From: Heteronotia binoei
Lineage: Eukaryota
DNA: 64,000 nt
Direction: 5' to 3'
Assembly (NCBI RefSeq): GCF_032191835.1
Contig: NC_083240.1
Coordinates: 29,326,001 to 29,390,000, forward strand
The position numbers were made by a program, and so were the translations under genes. Below, in pieces: positions 33,201-45,123 of the stretch; within the stretch, counting starts at the first letter, position 1; each line of letters opens with the position of its first letter. The notes under the pieces are model-generated. The model was given only the letters and a program-made list of their open reading frames with translations. It ran no database searches and was not told the origin of the DNA.

Positions 33201-36200
33201 CAGCTATGAACCTGGCTGCCTCCCCTTCCTCATTTCTCCAGCTCTGTGTGCTCCAGCCCCCGCTGCCTCCCTTTCCCCACCCAGTTCTCCTGGCGGCTCG
33301 TGTCTTGCACATTCCCCACCTGTACGGTGGGGCCAGGGTGGGGAGGAGTGTTCTGCCATTCTTGACTTCTGTTGCTGCAGCCGGTTCAAAGTCAATATGG
33401 TTGGGGGAAGCAGAGCAGGCACCCTCAGCCTGAGAAAAGAGGAGGAAAGCGGCCAGTGCAAAAGCGCGAAGCAATAGCAGGCAGGCAGCACGCACGTGCT
33501 TCTCTTCCTTCGCTGCCTGCTCCGATCTCCGTGGCGCGCCAGAAAGGAAAGGGGTGGGGCCAGGCCAGGAAGTGTTCCCCGGACCTGTGCAGAGCTCTTT
33601 GGTTTGTGTGAGATCGGGATGGGGCCAGGCAAGAAAGCCTCCGACCTGCACGGGCATATGGAGCGTGTACACGTGCCCGCCAAGGGTTGCTCTGCGGGCT
33701 GGTCCAAGTGGCCTCGGGGGCCGTAAACGGTCCGAGGACTGGAGGTTCCCCACCCCTGATGTAAATGAACCAAAATAGTGTACAGACCCTCTTCATGTAC
33801 TGTCTGGTAAGAGCTGAATGGTCCCCTGGTGGCACAGGATGTTGAGTCAGTTTGTTTATGTATTTAGTTTATATTCTGCATTTGCCCCCGATGGGGATCT
33901 GAACACCCCGTGAAATAGGTTATGCTGAGAGCATGTGATTGGTCTAGCAGCTAGCCTCCATGGCAGAATGGCGGTTCAAACTTGGCTCTGACACTGTAGC
34001 CAGTGCACTGGACCACCTTGGCACCAAGGACCAACTCCATCAAGATTCTGAGTTTATATAGTCCTGGGGAGGAGGGGGAATGTGCAAGTTGTTCTCCTCC
34101 CTCCTCCATCTGCCCCCTCTTGGACTGGCAAAATTGTTTGGCAGTCAGAGACCCGCTAGTCATAGGGAAACATCAAGAAAATGATTTAATGTGCAATTGA
34201 CTGTTTTTTCCCTCCCTGTGTCTGCTTTTTTTTCCCCGCAGCGCTGCGTGGAGAGGTTGAAGAACAGCCGGGCCAGACTCTTGGACCGATACCGCCATGT
34301 GGGAGAGAACGCTGCTGCTGGTGGAGGAACAAGGAGCTCCCTTCTGGTTCAGGAGGTGATGGAGGTTGAGTGGCAGGCCTTGCAGTCGGTAGACACAGAA
34401 CTGCCGTCCCTCCGGAAGAAAGATACTTCTCTCCATGTTAGTTCACATAGTTTTGTGTCTTCCTAGCATTCACAAGCTTCTTCCCCACATATGTTTAAAC
34501 AACAGGCAGCCTTTTTTTTTTTAAGTCATCCTATTAAACCCATCAAGAAAAGCAAATTAAAAGCCAATCAGCCAGACAGTGTGTTGAGATGCGGCTGATT
34601 GATCTGTTTGATGTTTATCCAGTTTTCTTGTTATAAACCACCCCATCTTCCCAATGACTCACACTAGTGGTAAAAACCAGGGGCACCCTGTCTTTTTGAG
34701 AGAGAGGGGAAAGAAGGCTAACTAAATCCTTCTGGAGAAGGAATCCCATAGCTTGGGGATCCACCTTGAAAAGGCTGTTCCCCAATAACTACTAAGCAGA
34801 CAAGCGGAATGCAGGAGGAATGCATTGGTTTTTCTTGTCACGTTGTATAGTAATGCCCAAAACTCAGCAAAAGTTAGGCAAATGGGAATGAGATTCCTTT
34901 CAGAGAGCGTCATTGTGTGAATCTTCTGTAGATGACCATGAATGCAGATGCCTGTATACTCCTGGGCAGAGCTACTCCAGTATAAGCTCACTGGTTGCAC
35001 TGTGTGTGTTTGTGTGCAGCCACACAAATAAAACTGAATCTGGTCCTCCTTGCTTAACTTTAGTCCGACAGACTGGCCTGTTCCCAGCCTTGCAGTCTGA
35101 GAGTCTTTTCCTAGAAATGGCAAATGCTGAACTGGACAAGTTCCGCAGCTGAGCTATAGTTTCCTTTGTGGCTTTTTTCACGTGGAAAAGCCTAACGCTG
35201 AGTCTGTGCTGCTTGGTTCTAGGTTCTGGAAGACTCCAGTGAACTAGCAGTGTTGGAGGAAATCCAGAAAGAGCTGATTTTGCAAGGTACTCTTTTTAAA
35301 AACAACAACAACATACTTTTTTGTTTATTTTTATTTCAGTGTTTATTCTGCCCTCCCTGCAAGCCAGCTCAGGGAGGATCACAACAGTGAAGTGACAGCA
35401 ATAATAAACAATTAAAACAGTTAGAACAATATAAATTAAGCAGGCGGCACTGTCAATAGATGCAGATCTAATTGTTGTGATTTTTAATTGCTGTTGTGAG
35501 CTGTCTTGAGCACAAGGTATTAATTTTTTTTAATTGTCTTATTTCTAGTCTGCCTTTCTCACAGGGACTCAAAGTAGATTACGCGTAGTGAAGTCATCAC
35601 AGTCAATGAAATTGGGACATTCAAATATAAATATTTCTCATATCCAGGGCTTTTTTTGTAGCAGGAACTCCCTTGCATATTAGGCCACACACCCCTGATG
35701 CAGCCAATCCTCCAAGAGCTTACAGGGCTCTTCTTACAAGGCCTACTGTAAGCTCCAGGAGGATTGGCTACATCAGGGGTGCGTGGCCTAATATGCAGGG
35801 GAGTTCCTGCTACAAAAAACCCCTGCTTATATCTATCTTTTGATAATCCATATGCTCAACCTTGGCTCACCCAGCACTGATGCTTTTGCATTTCAGGCAC
35901 CCGACAGCAACAACAAAAAACTGCTTTTCCCAGTTCTGTCGATTCTATCATGTTTTCATCCTCCCCTTTCTTCAAGGTGTTCGGCATAGCATACATGGTT
36001 CTCCTGTTTCTTACAAGAAAGTGGCTGACCCAGAGTCACCCAGTGAGCTTCCGCTCACCATTCTAGTTTGACTTGTTTGTAGTGTCTTTTTCTTTTTTTA
36101 TCTTTACTATTGCTGCAGTTTTGTTGATTGTAGTGCTGGCTTTACTAGTTGATCACCATGCTTTTCATCAATTAGTCATTATATTTTATGTTAGTATTTT

Positions 36201-39200
36201 GATGATTGCTGGAAAGTGCAGGTGCCTCCTTCAAAGAGGCAGAATATGAATATCTTAAATATTCCCCCAACGTCAAGTATCTTGCTGACCCAGTGAATTT
36301 GGAGGGGCAATATATTCAGGAACGACAGAAGTATTTGTCAACAAGTAATTAGGTTGTGAGGTTCACTGGCAAAGGATGTAGCCATAGTGACAAGAAGGGG
36401 CCCACCATAGTCAGAAAAACTCTGAATACTAGTGCCAAGAGGCAGCATCGGGAAGGTTTCGGCCTCTGTGCCCCTGTTTGTTCATCAAGGGCAAGAGGCT
36501 GGCCATTGTGCAAAACAGGATAGTGGACTAGATGGACCACTGGTCTCACTTTCAGGAACTGATTTTGCTTGATAATAGAGTATGTACATGGGAAATAGAA
36601 GCGTGTTCAGGGCATTTGTTGGTTCCAGGATAAAACTGACTTTTAAAGTTTGTTTTGTGGAGGGGAGGACGAGCAGTCTTTGTCACACCTTGAAGGCTGT
36701 GTGAAGAAGAGATCTGCGTACAGTGGAGCACCGCAGCATGAAACAGCAGTGGTTGGTGGTAATGCAGCACTTGTCAGTGCTGGAAAACATTTCCCATCCC
36801 TAGCATCAGAGGTTTAGGTGCCAGGCCTTGTTCAGAACATGGAACATATTTGATGCAGCCATGTTCCCACATCAGAAGACAATTAGTAGCACTCAGGACA
36901 GAACTTTGCAACCAAAACATGGGGGTCACTGTGCATTGCTATCCGCTGTGCTCAGCGTATAGCGTTCCTTATAGCAAGTGACGGTGCCTTTCTCCCTTGC
37001 AGAACAGCTGGCTATAGAGGAATATGAACAAAGCCTTCGGTTTGATGAGGAGTGCCTCAATGCGATGCTCGAGGGCTTAGATGCTGAACCCAAGGTGATC
37101 TGCCCAGTTTGCCAAAGGTGAGCAACCCTGTATTTCTTTCCTTTGAAGAACTGATGATGATCTCCACTCATAGCCGTGCACACCACTCAAATGTAATGTG
37201 AAAGCGGCTTGGAGAGGCCAAAGTTCAGTGGCAGCCCTGGTCTGGATTGGTTCCACATGGCTTTTGATCAGAAAGGCCTATAGCGTATTAGGATACAGCA
37301 TTTGCTTGGCCTGCAGAAGGCCCCTGGTGCAGCCTTTGGCATCTCTCACTGGAAAAGAGATCTAAGGAAGGCTGGGGAGCCACTGCCATGAATGGAAGTT
37401 ATCCCTAGTGGTGTGTATGTGTGTGTGGAGGGTCTTTCAAAGGGTCTGAGGGCCACACTCTGTCCTGAGCAATTAACAGTGCAAGTGGGTTCCTGCAACA
37501 TATGTTCATCCAGATTTCTGTTTTGCATTCATCCTGCCAGCTTTTGCTGCCACTCCTCACATAGTTGTTCTGCACGCCCCTCTTGTTATTTATCTGTATC
37601 CTGCTTTTCTCCCTAGTGGGGGACCTAAAACAGCTTACAACATTCCTCCCTGCTCTGTTTTATCCTCGCAGCAACCCTTTTTAGGTAGGTGAGGCTGAGA
37701 GAGAGAGAGAACAGCCTGAAATCCACCCATTCGCAAATGCTCAAGGATCATTCCATGTCCAGCACTGCTGCTTGCACTATAACCAGTGTTCCCTCTAAGC
37801 TGAGTTAGTGTGAGCTAGCTCACAGTTTTTTCAGCCTCCAGCTCTCACATTTTAATCGTAGCTCAGGAGAAATGGCCCCAGAGCAAACTAATTTATGCAG
37901 TAGCTCAAGAAGTAGATTTGTTGCTCACAAGACTTCACAGCTTAGAGGGAGTATTGACTATGTCCTATGCGACAGCAGAACACTGCTTAGTGAGATTAAC
38001 TCTGCTGACGTATTGCTGAATACCCACCAGCACTGAAACACAGCCATGTCATAAAACAGTGCATCAAACTCAGTTGAACTGCCAGCCTTTGCTTTACTGC
38101 TCAGTTTTACAGAAGGCTTAAATCAAGGTTCTAAAACATTTCTTTGTTCTGGAAGTCCAGCTTCTCAGGCAGTTGCAGAACATTATATGAGCTGTGGGTT
38201 TGCATATGGTTCTTGATCATTGTTCCTTCTCCCTTCTGATGCTTTTGCAACGGGAATTGGGGTGAGGGCTGTTCTCACAGTCCTGTTCTGTTTCCCAGGA
38301 ATAACCTCACCGTGATGAGCCACGTGGTCACCTGTACCTGCGGACTGTGCATCAGCACACAGGTAAACAAATTGCTAAAAGGCGCTGAAATTGTTACTTA
38401 CTGTGTAACAGCCACCACTGCTCTCTAACAAAGTTTTTGGATGAATGAAGCATGCTGGGGGCTTTGCAAGGCATCTCTTCTGTCCCCTTCTGGTAACTTG
38501 AACAGGAAAGTGGCATGGGCAGCTGTATTATGCAGAAAAGAAAGCCTTGGCTTTGCATTTCTACCAGTCTGCTGATAGCCCCTTTGTTCTGTACCTACTG
38601 GCCATCTTTCTTGGATGACACTAAATTCTGCTTTCATCAGTTTTCCACTTTTTCTACAACTATCCTTCCTCTCAGCTAAAAAAAGACAAACCCTTCAACT
38701 CCTTAGCCTTTTCTTGTATCCAATTCACTGACCAGTTTGTGCAAACATATAGCTGTGAGTTGGGATGAGGCTGGAGTGAAGAATGACCAGTGGCTGAAAT
38801 TTCTCTGTCTTCTGCAGCTGTTGAAAGAAGGGTCCAATTTCATTCCTGCATCTCTTGAACCCACTGACAGCACAGCTGTTACTTTGCATGGATTCTGGAA
38901 CCTCAGGAATGGTCTTTCCAGGGTTTGCAGGCAATTCACCCTCTAAGCTGTGGAGTATTGTGAGCAGAAATTCTGCTTTGTGAGCTACTAGCATTAAAAT
39001 TGTGAGCTACCGCATTAATTAGTTTGCTCTGGGGCCATTTTTTGTGAGCTAGGACAAAAATGTGTGAGCCAGAGGCTAAAAAACTGTGAGCTAGTTCACA
39101 CTAACTCAGCTTAGAGGGAACACTGGTTGCAGGGAACAGAGAATTCAGGAAAACTCTGTGTACCTTCTTAACACAGATGGTTGGATACATCTTTAATCTT

Positions 39201-41420
39201 GGTGAATTTAGTTAAAAGTATTAGAAGATGGGTGTGCAGTTGGTTAAACTCAGCGCTGAAGGAGTGTGGGGTGGTGGTAAATACTCAACCAAATAATGGA
39301 GTATCTGGGCTTCCATAAATAAGGGGCTGTGCATTATATTGGGAACGTGGCAGACAGTATCACAAAGAAATGTGTGAAAGGGGGAACAGATAACTGGGTA
39401 GATGGCAATTCTGCTAAATTGCATGCATTTGATTCTTTCTCAAAGGGGATGACTGAAGAGATGCTTCAGTCGCTGCTAGGAGACGGGGTAACGGAGCACA
39501 GCCAGCACTGTCAGCACAGTCCTGAATTTTCTGTAACTAGTGGGATGGATGGAGAAACTAACCTTCTCATGAGTTGCCAGGTAAACTTCAATTCTGTGAG
39601 CTCCCTGATGAAGAGATGCTCTGCTTCAAACTGGATCTTCCATCCATTGACTCACAGTGGGGATATTCTCTCAGTTACCTTAAATAACATGAGCCAAATT
39701 AAGTGCACTCAAAGAGCAGGATATATGCCACAATTCCATCCTGCCCTTCTTCCAAGGAGCTTAAATTGGCAGGTGTTTCTTCACTCATGGTATCCTTACA
39801 ACAGCTCTGCAAGGTAGGCTAGCCTGACCATGTCAGTCTATATAAGACTGGCCCAAAAGCACTATGAGCTTCATGGCTGGGGTGGGGGAACCCAGATCTC
39901 TTATCTCTCCAGACATAGCATAGTACCATCATCTAACAGTATTGGCCTCTTTCCCTTTACAAGAATGAAACCTTTTGTTAGGAACCAACCACAACGACAG
40001 AATGTCATGCAAGCTTTCAAGCTCAAAGGAACTCTTCATCAGAGTGGATTTTACAAAACAGAAGGGTAGAAGGCAGATTTCTCGGTGATGTTAAGGTCTA
40101 ATCATGCCGGGATCCTTTATGAGATGCTAGCAGGCCCAAGTCGGTTGGTTCTCCAAGGATATTACAGATTTTGTTGTTTCTGAAATTATTTTGGTTTAGT
40201 TACTTTTTTGTAATGTACTATATCTGTGCAGGAGGGGAAAGGAAGCGTGGGGGGAGGTTGCTATTTTATTTATTGAAGTGATGTTAAAACTACTTGGAAC
40301 AATGAATCATCACTCTGTAGAGGTTGCAGTGGCATTTGGCAACATCTTATCTGTATTTTAAAATAATCCCAATAAGAATTATTTAAAAAGTAGGAGACAA
40401 AGGTAAATCAATTATTCGTGCAGATAAAAATGGGGCATGAAATCACTTTTGTCTAGTGCCTTGGAGATTTTGTATTGTGTTAGGAGGTGGGTATCAGCAC
40501 TGGGCTCAGCTCACCCCCACCTCCTTGCTGCTCCTTGTCGTGAAGGTTTGCCCATTGCCTGGTGCTGGTGGAGAGAGGCAATTGTACCCAGCCTCCAGAG
40601 CATGGGCACTAAAGCTGGAAATGGAGACACACTGAACTATTAGGAAGGGAATTGAAAACAAATCAGCCAGTATCATAATGCCCTTGTATAAATCGATGGT
40701 GCGGTCTCATTTAGAATACTGTGTACGATTCTGGTCACTGCACCTCAAAAAGGATATTATAGCTTGGGAAAAAGTGCAGAAAAGGGCAACTAGAATGATT
40801 CCCTATGAAGAAAGGTTAAAACGCTTGGGGCTCTTTAGCTTGGAGAAATGTCGACTGCGGGGTGACATGATAGAGGTTTACAAGATTATGCGTGGGATGG
40901 AGAAAGTAGTCCTTTTCTCCCTTTCTCAAAATACAAGAACTCCTGGGCATTCAATGAAATTGCTGAGCAGTCAGGTTAAAACAGATAAAAGGAAGTACTT
41001 CTTCACCCAAAGGGTGATTAACATGTGGAATTCACTGCCATAGGAGGTGGTGGCAGCTACAAGCATAGCCAGCTTTAAGAGGGTATTGGATAAAAATATG
41101 GAGCAGAGGTCCATCAGTGGCTATTAGCCACAGTATGTATATGTGTGTGTGTGTGTGTGTATACACACACATATATTGGCCGCTGTGTGACACACTGTGT
41201 TGGACTGGATGGGCCACTGACCTGATCCAACATGGCTTCTCTTATGTTCTTATGAACTATGCATGCAGTCTTCATAGTGCTACCCTAAACAAGGCAGAAC
41301 TACAAAGACTGCATAAGAGGCAGCCAGACTATTTTCTTTCTCTTTTTAAAAAAAAGCCAACCTGGCAATTTTATTTTCTCCTTTTTCTAGATTTGTGATT
41401 TCTTGGCAGTCATTTTGTAA
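27119..41420 (+). CDS. RPAIN: RPA-interacting protein; join(27119..27208,34242..34436,35223..35286,37003..37117,38299..38362,39446..39580,41391..41420), 230 aa (226 from ATG 27131)
   Basis: Seven exons in frame; LYK..PPWKETYRQ|RC.ERL.NSR.RLL, LEEIQKEL, EYEQSLRFDEECL, zinc-finger ICPVC..C.CG..HC..CQ-ICD, ending AVIL*. Confidence 0.96.
27399..27546. mobile_element. Palindromic MITE, PIF/Harbinger-like
   Basis: gaccaatttcgcactagaccttt / aaaggtctagtgcgaaattggcc TIRs plus inner tagccctgtcccc / ggggacagggcta; TA(T/A) flanks. Confidence 0.7.
28425..28615 (+). mobile_element. 5S-derived SINE, diverged
   Basis: cagccctggttggcatttagatgggagactg...aaaccacctctg...cagctgtgacttgac. Confidence 0.6.
28680..28805. 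mobile_element. MITE family B, partial
   Basis: cagggcttttttgtagcaggaactcctttgcatattaggccacac...ggattggctaca. Confidence 0.75.
29344..29537 (-). mobile_element. hAT MITE family A
   Basis: ttccctctaagc...cttagaggggacactg. Confidence 0.85.
29723..31498 (-). pseudogene. Frameshifted hAT transposase (about 590 codons)
   Basis: Fragments KKRKVDAECRVFQEKW, BED finger CLVC..H...H, FSLACDET (D), TTDGAP (D), HCIIHQESLC, EVRWLSRG, CEQFFS (E), ends QPSH*; start codon reads ACG; spread over several frames (ORF track 29950-31397). Confidence 0.92.
31985..32150 (+). mobile_element. Decayed MIR-like SINE fragment inside the hAT
   Basis: gatgtggttagtatgctagac...accttggggc...ctctcagcctaaccttcctcacagggttgct. 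Confidence 0.55.
34242..34436 (+). CDS. RPAIN: RPAIN exon 2
   Basis: ttttccccgcAG|RCVERLKNSRARLLDRYR...LLVQEVMEVEWQALQS...|GTtagt. Confidence 0.9.
35223..35286 (+). CDS. RPAIN: RPAIN exon 3
   Basis: VLEDSSELAVLEEIQKELILQ. Confidence 0.9.
35645..35825. mobile_element. MITE family B, full-length near-perfect palindrome
   Basis: Arms of about 70 nt pair almost perfectly; TSD ctcatatc/cttatatc. Confidence 0.9.
37003..37117 (+). CDS. RPAIN: RPAIN exon 4
   Basis: EEYEQSLRFDEECLNAML...VICPVCQ. Confidence 0.93.
37784..37956 (+). mobile_element. hAT MITE family A
   Basis: TIRs; TSD actataac/actatgtc. Confidence 0.85.
38299..38362 (+). CDS. RPAIN: RPAIN exon 5
   Basis: NNLTVMSHVVTCTCGLCISTQ. Confidence 0.9.
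38932..39125 (-). mobile_element. hAT MITE family A
   Basis: TSD tttgcagg/gttgcagg. Confidence 0.85.
39446..39580 (+). CDS. RPAIN: RPAIN exon 6
   Basis: GMTEEMLQ...EHSQHCQHSPEFSVTSG...LLMSCQ. Confidence 0.92.
40640..41255 (+). mobile_element. CR1 LINE 3' fragment (end of RT ORF2 + 3' UTR)
   Basis: PLYKSMVRSHLEYCVRFWS.HLKKDI..EKVQKRATRMI..YEERLKRLGLFSLEK.RLRGDMIEVYKI; tail (TTCTTATG)n. Confidence 0.92.
41391..41420 (+). CDS. RPAIN: RPAIN exon 7 (last coding)
   Basis: ctttttctAG|ICDFLAVIL TAA. Confidence 0.9.
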   Translation: MCDFLAVIL

Positions 41421-41630
41421 TCTCAGCTTTGCTGGACTGTTTTCTGGGAAAGATGCAGCTCTGAGATACTCCCTCTTCCTCCCAAGCTTCAAGTGTTTGG
41501 AAGGCAACTTGTATATCTTGTTAATAAATGTATGTGTTCTCAATGCACACATTGTATATAACTGCAGAAAGCATTCTTTACTGTTATAATTTGTGTTTTT
41601 AACTTAATTGTGTTCAGCACTGCCCTGCTA

Positions 41631-41636
41631 AATAAA
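41631..41636 (+). terminator. Candidate RPAIN poly(A) signal AATAAA (a proximal one at 41523-41528)
   Basis: Canonical hexamers about 100 and 210 nt after the stop. Confidence 0.5.
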
Positions 41637-43514
41637 AAATCACCTCTGAAACATTGAAGAGGTAATGCATGAATTCAGCTGCATGTTTTTAAATACCCGT
41701 AAATACTACAAAAGAGCTGAGAGAGGACTTGGCCAAAGTGGGACAACTGGGAGAATGGGACTTTCCTCCCCCCATACAATTCCTGATATCATCTCTCCCC
41801 CATATACAAACTTTTCCAAACTTGCTCCAATTGACCCAGTTGGTTCTGCTTGTGGGGAAAAGTATTTGTGGGGAGCCATTACATGTTGTATATAAACTCC
41901 AACAGAATTTGAATACAAAATCCTTCCACCTTGATATTCAGAGAACTGTTACAAATTGAATGGTGTTCAGCCAGGCTTTCAGGGTACCAAGGTTGTCTTT
42001 TTAGTAACCAACAGTCTTCAAACTATTCCCAGTGTTTTAAAAAAAGCAATGCTGATAATGAAAGTGGAGAGGTATGGGCGGAAGGGTGCAGCTGTATAAA
42101 AATAAAAATCCGATTTGTTTGCTGTATGTTAAAATACTGAGTGCTTAGGGAAGCAATGCTGTAGCTGCTTAATTAAGTGGAATAAACTGTATTGTTTTTA
42201 TACCAAGCAGTTCCTTGCATTCCTGGCCAGTATAACAGATGAAACCGCATAATACCAATTCTATCAGTCAGTATTGCCCACTCAAACTGGTAGAGAGTCT
42301 TTAGGGGACTCAGGTGGTCTTTCTCATCCCCTATTACCTGATCCTTTTTAACTGATGCTGTTGGGGATTGGATCTAGGACCTCCTACATTCTAAGCAAGT
42401 GCTGTACTATTGAGCCACAGACTCTCTCTGACTAGGACATGTTTCATTATCTTCATCTTACGCCAAAGGTATTAACTTGCAAAAAACAAAACTGCTATAT
42501 GTTGGTGTTTGTCTCTTCCCCCTCCCTCTGAGTCATATAAACCAAATTGTTGTCTCAATGGACTGAGATTTGCTGTTGAAGGAATGAAACTTGTTTTGAA
42601 TAATGAATATCATTACATGTTTATTGTTAGATAGATTGCTTCTGTGGATTCAAAACCACTATCAGTCAAAATATTGCTCTAGATACTCCTAGATTACTGA
42701 AGCTGGTTTACGGCCTTGTTCCTGCAAAAGCTCTTAACTCCCAGTTAGAGCACAGTCCTTTAATCTAAAGCTTTGTGAATAGAGAAAAACCATGAATTTT
42801 GCTAAGAATCAAAAAGCATAACAGCCCATGGGCATCTTGCTCAGTGGTAAAATACATGCTTAGTATGCACAAGGTCCTGGGTTCAAATCCCATCTCGCCA
42901 TATTAAAATGTATTTGAAAAGAAAAGACCCTTAGCTTCTGCCAGTCATCGTTAACAGTAGGTTTGTTAAGTCAGGGAATAGGGCAGCTTTGTGTCAGCTA
43001 TGTGTTTCTGATGCAACTGTACTGGGCTGTATTAGAAAGGCTTTTCCTGACTGTCTACAGCAGAGGCAACTGGACCACCTATATATTTATACTACTATTG
43101 TTCATACAGAAAAAGGAAATTGGTCCCATTGTCAGTTAAAAGATCCTGCCAGGTATTTTAGTTTTTCTTGTATTACATATTTTGTATCTCATTTTACTGT
43201 GAGCTGCCTCAAGAACCAGATTAGGGAAGAGCATAGGGCAGAAACATAAAAACCAAACATTTCCCAACAGATTCAGCTGCTCCTGATTTTCAAAGTCCCA
43301 TAAACTAAACAAGAAAGGTAAATGCAAGAGGATGATAGTTTAGTAGCTTTTGGAAACCATTGGTAATTGGCCTGCAAGCCTGGGAGAAACTGTGTGCGCG
43401 CACACACACAAACATATATATGTAGATTCTTAAATTTAGCTCAAATCTAGATTTGACAGATGAAAATCATATAGGTTTGCTTTCTCCTGAAACTGAAAAA
43501 GCCATATGACAGGA

Positions 43515-43524
43515 TTTATTTATT
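43515..43524 (-). terminator. Candidate MIS12 poly(A) signals (overlapping AATAAA)
   Basis: tttatttatt on + strand about 155 nt after the stop. Confidence 0.5.
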
Positions 43525-43676
43525 GATAATCATCACAGGGAACTGAATTAGAATAGCTGTCTAGAGATTACTCTTTCAGAATTTGCTTTTAGCACACAAT
43601 TCAAATTTATTATATGGGGATAAAAGGCATATTAGCTTAATGGCAGACTTTCTGTTCAAGTGCTTCCTTAGCACAA

Positions 43677-44297
43677 TCACTTCTTGTACAACTTCTTGCT
43701 TTTATCTTCAACCTCCTGCATCACAGTTTGCAATTTGGTGGCATTCCCCTTCAAGAAAGCAAAGCTTTCTTTGAGGTTACTGGTCCCATGTTCTCGGCAG
43801 ATGTTGTCGAGGCTATCAAACCACTGAAGGATCTTTTCGAGCTGCTCCTGGGTTGCTTTTTGCTCTTCCAGCTCTGCTTTCAGAGCCTGCTGGGCAGATA
43901 TTTCAGCCTTAACACGGTGCTCCAGGTGACAGATTTCCTCCTGGAGCTCCTGAAACTCGCTTTCAGTGTAGCGATATTGCTCCTGGCATTTGTCTTCAGG
44001 GAGCAAAACATTTTCTGGGATAGTTAGCACCACCTGTAGCAGCACTGGTTCCATTTTGCCAAATAGCTGGTCAGAGTGTTTCCTCATATAGGCAAGGAAT
44101 TTCTCACTGCTTCGACGGATTGAAGAAGGTGTGAGCTTAGTGTAGCGCATGCTCTCCAGTTTCTTCAGGATCACCTCTTCTATTATCAGCATTATGTGAC
44201 AGAGATGGTCTTGGAATGCAAGGTACATACGCATCATGCATGTCTGAGGGGTGAAGCCAAAGAACTGGGTTTCGTAGATCATGACATTTCCCGACAT
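43677..44297 (-). CDS. MIS12: Kinetochore protein MIS12, single coding exon, 206 aa
   Basis: MSGNVMIYETQFFGFTPQTCMMRMYLAFQD...IPENVLLPEDK...HGTSNLKES; acceptor ttttgttccAG at 44342/44341; probable non-coding exon 1 donor GAG|GTAAAA at 45124/45123. Confidence 0.97.
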   Translation of the reverse strand: MSGNVMIYETQFFGFTPQTCMMRMYLAFQDHLCHIMLIIEEVILKKLESMRYTKLTPSSIRRSSEKFLAYMRKHSDQLFGKMEPVLLQVVLTIPENVLLPEDKCQEQYRYTESEFQELQEEICHLEHRVKAEISAQQALKAELEEQKATQEQLEKILQWFDSLDNICREHGTSNLKESFAFLKGNATKLQTVMQEVEDKSKKLYKK

Positions 44298-45123
44298 CTT
44301 GATGAGCAAAAACTGTCCACACTATGTAGAAATCTGGAAACTGGAACAAAAAAAATAGTCTGAGGCAGTGTAGTTTTAACTAGGCCTAGGGAATCCTTGC
44401 CTCCAGCATTCCTTTTGGTTGCCAGCCTCCAGGCAGGACCTGGATATCTCCAGGAATTACACCAGCTCTTCAGACTACAGATGTCAGTTCCTAGGGTTCC
44501 CAGTTCCAACAAAGGAAAGACCTGGGACTTTGGGGTGGAGCCTGGAGACTTACCAATTCCCTAAAATAAATAAAAATACAGCAGTGCAGTTCCTCTGAAT
44601 ACAGTCTTCATTCCCTCATCTCTCTTTTTTTTTTTTTTGCCTTCGAAGAGTTCCCTTGCAGCTGCACTTCTAGGGTTGCCAGGTAAGGCTGACAAGCAAG
44701 TGGGGGACTAACCAGGAGTCTCCGGGGGAGGGAGGAACCAGAAGAGAGAACCAAGCGCGTTGCATTTGAGACCACATTCCTCTAAAATGCTATACCTCAA
44801 CAGGAAATAATGGAGGATGGGGGGAGGGACTTCTTTTGGGGCTCATAGAACCCCTGGCCCTATCTTTTTTAAATTTAGAGGTGGGGTTTTGAGGAGAGGT
44901 AGCGGCAGTTATGAAAATAGTTGCTATATGGACTCTGCCGTATTATACCCTGCTGAGGTTCCTCCACTCACAAACCCCCAGGAATTTCCTAACCCAAAGC
45001 TGGCAACTCTACCTCCCACCTCATACGTTTATTCACTTCATTTGTGGCCCCCTTCTCGTTAAGGCTGAACAAGGACTATAGAGTGATAACAAACAATGCA
45101 ATTTTAAAAATACATAGTTTTAC

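Larger units (their letters stand above)
29594..33758 (-). mobile_element. Full-length hAT (Buster/Charlie clade, SPIN/GTF2IRD2-like) DNA transposon, 4165 bp
   Basis: Perfect 16-bp TIRs CAGGGGTGGGGAACCT; exact 8-bp TSD atgtaaat (29586-29593, 33759-33766); internal transposase. Confidence 0.95.

Noticed and set aside
33181-33835. Several overlapping 130-190-aa ORFs
   Set aside because: Stop-poor GC-rich transposon end; no recognisable protein or codon structure
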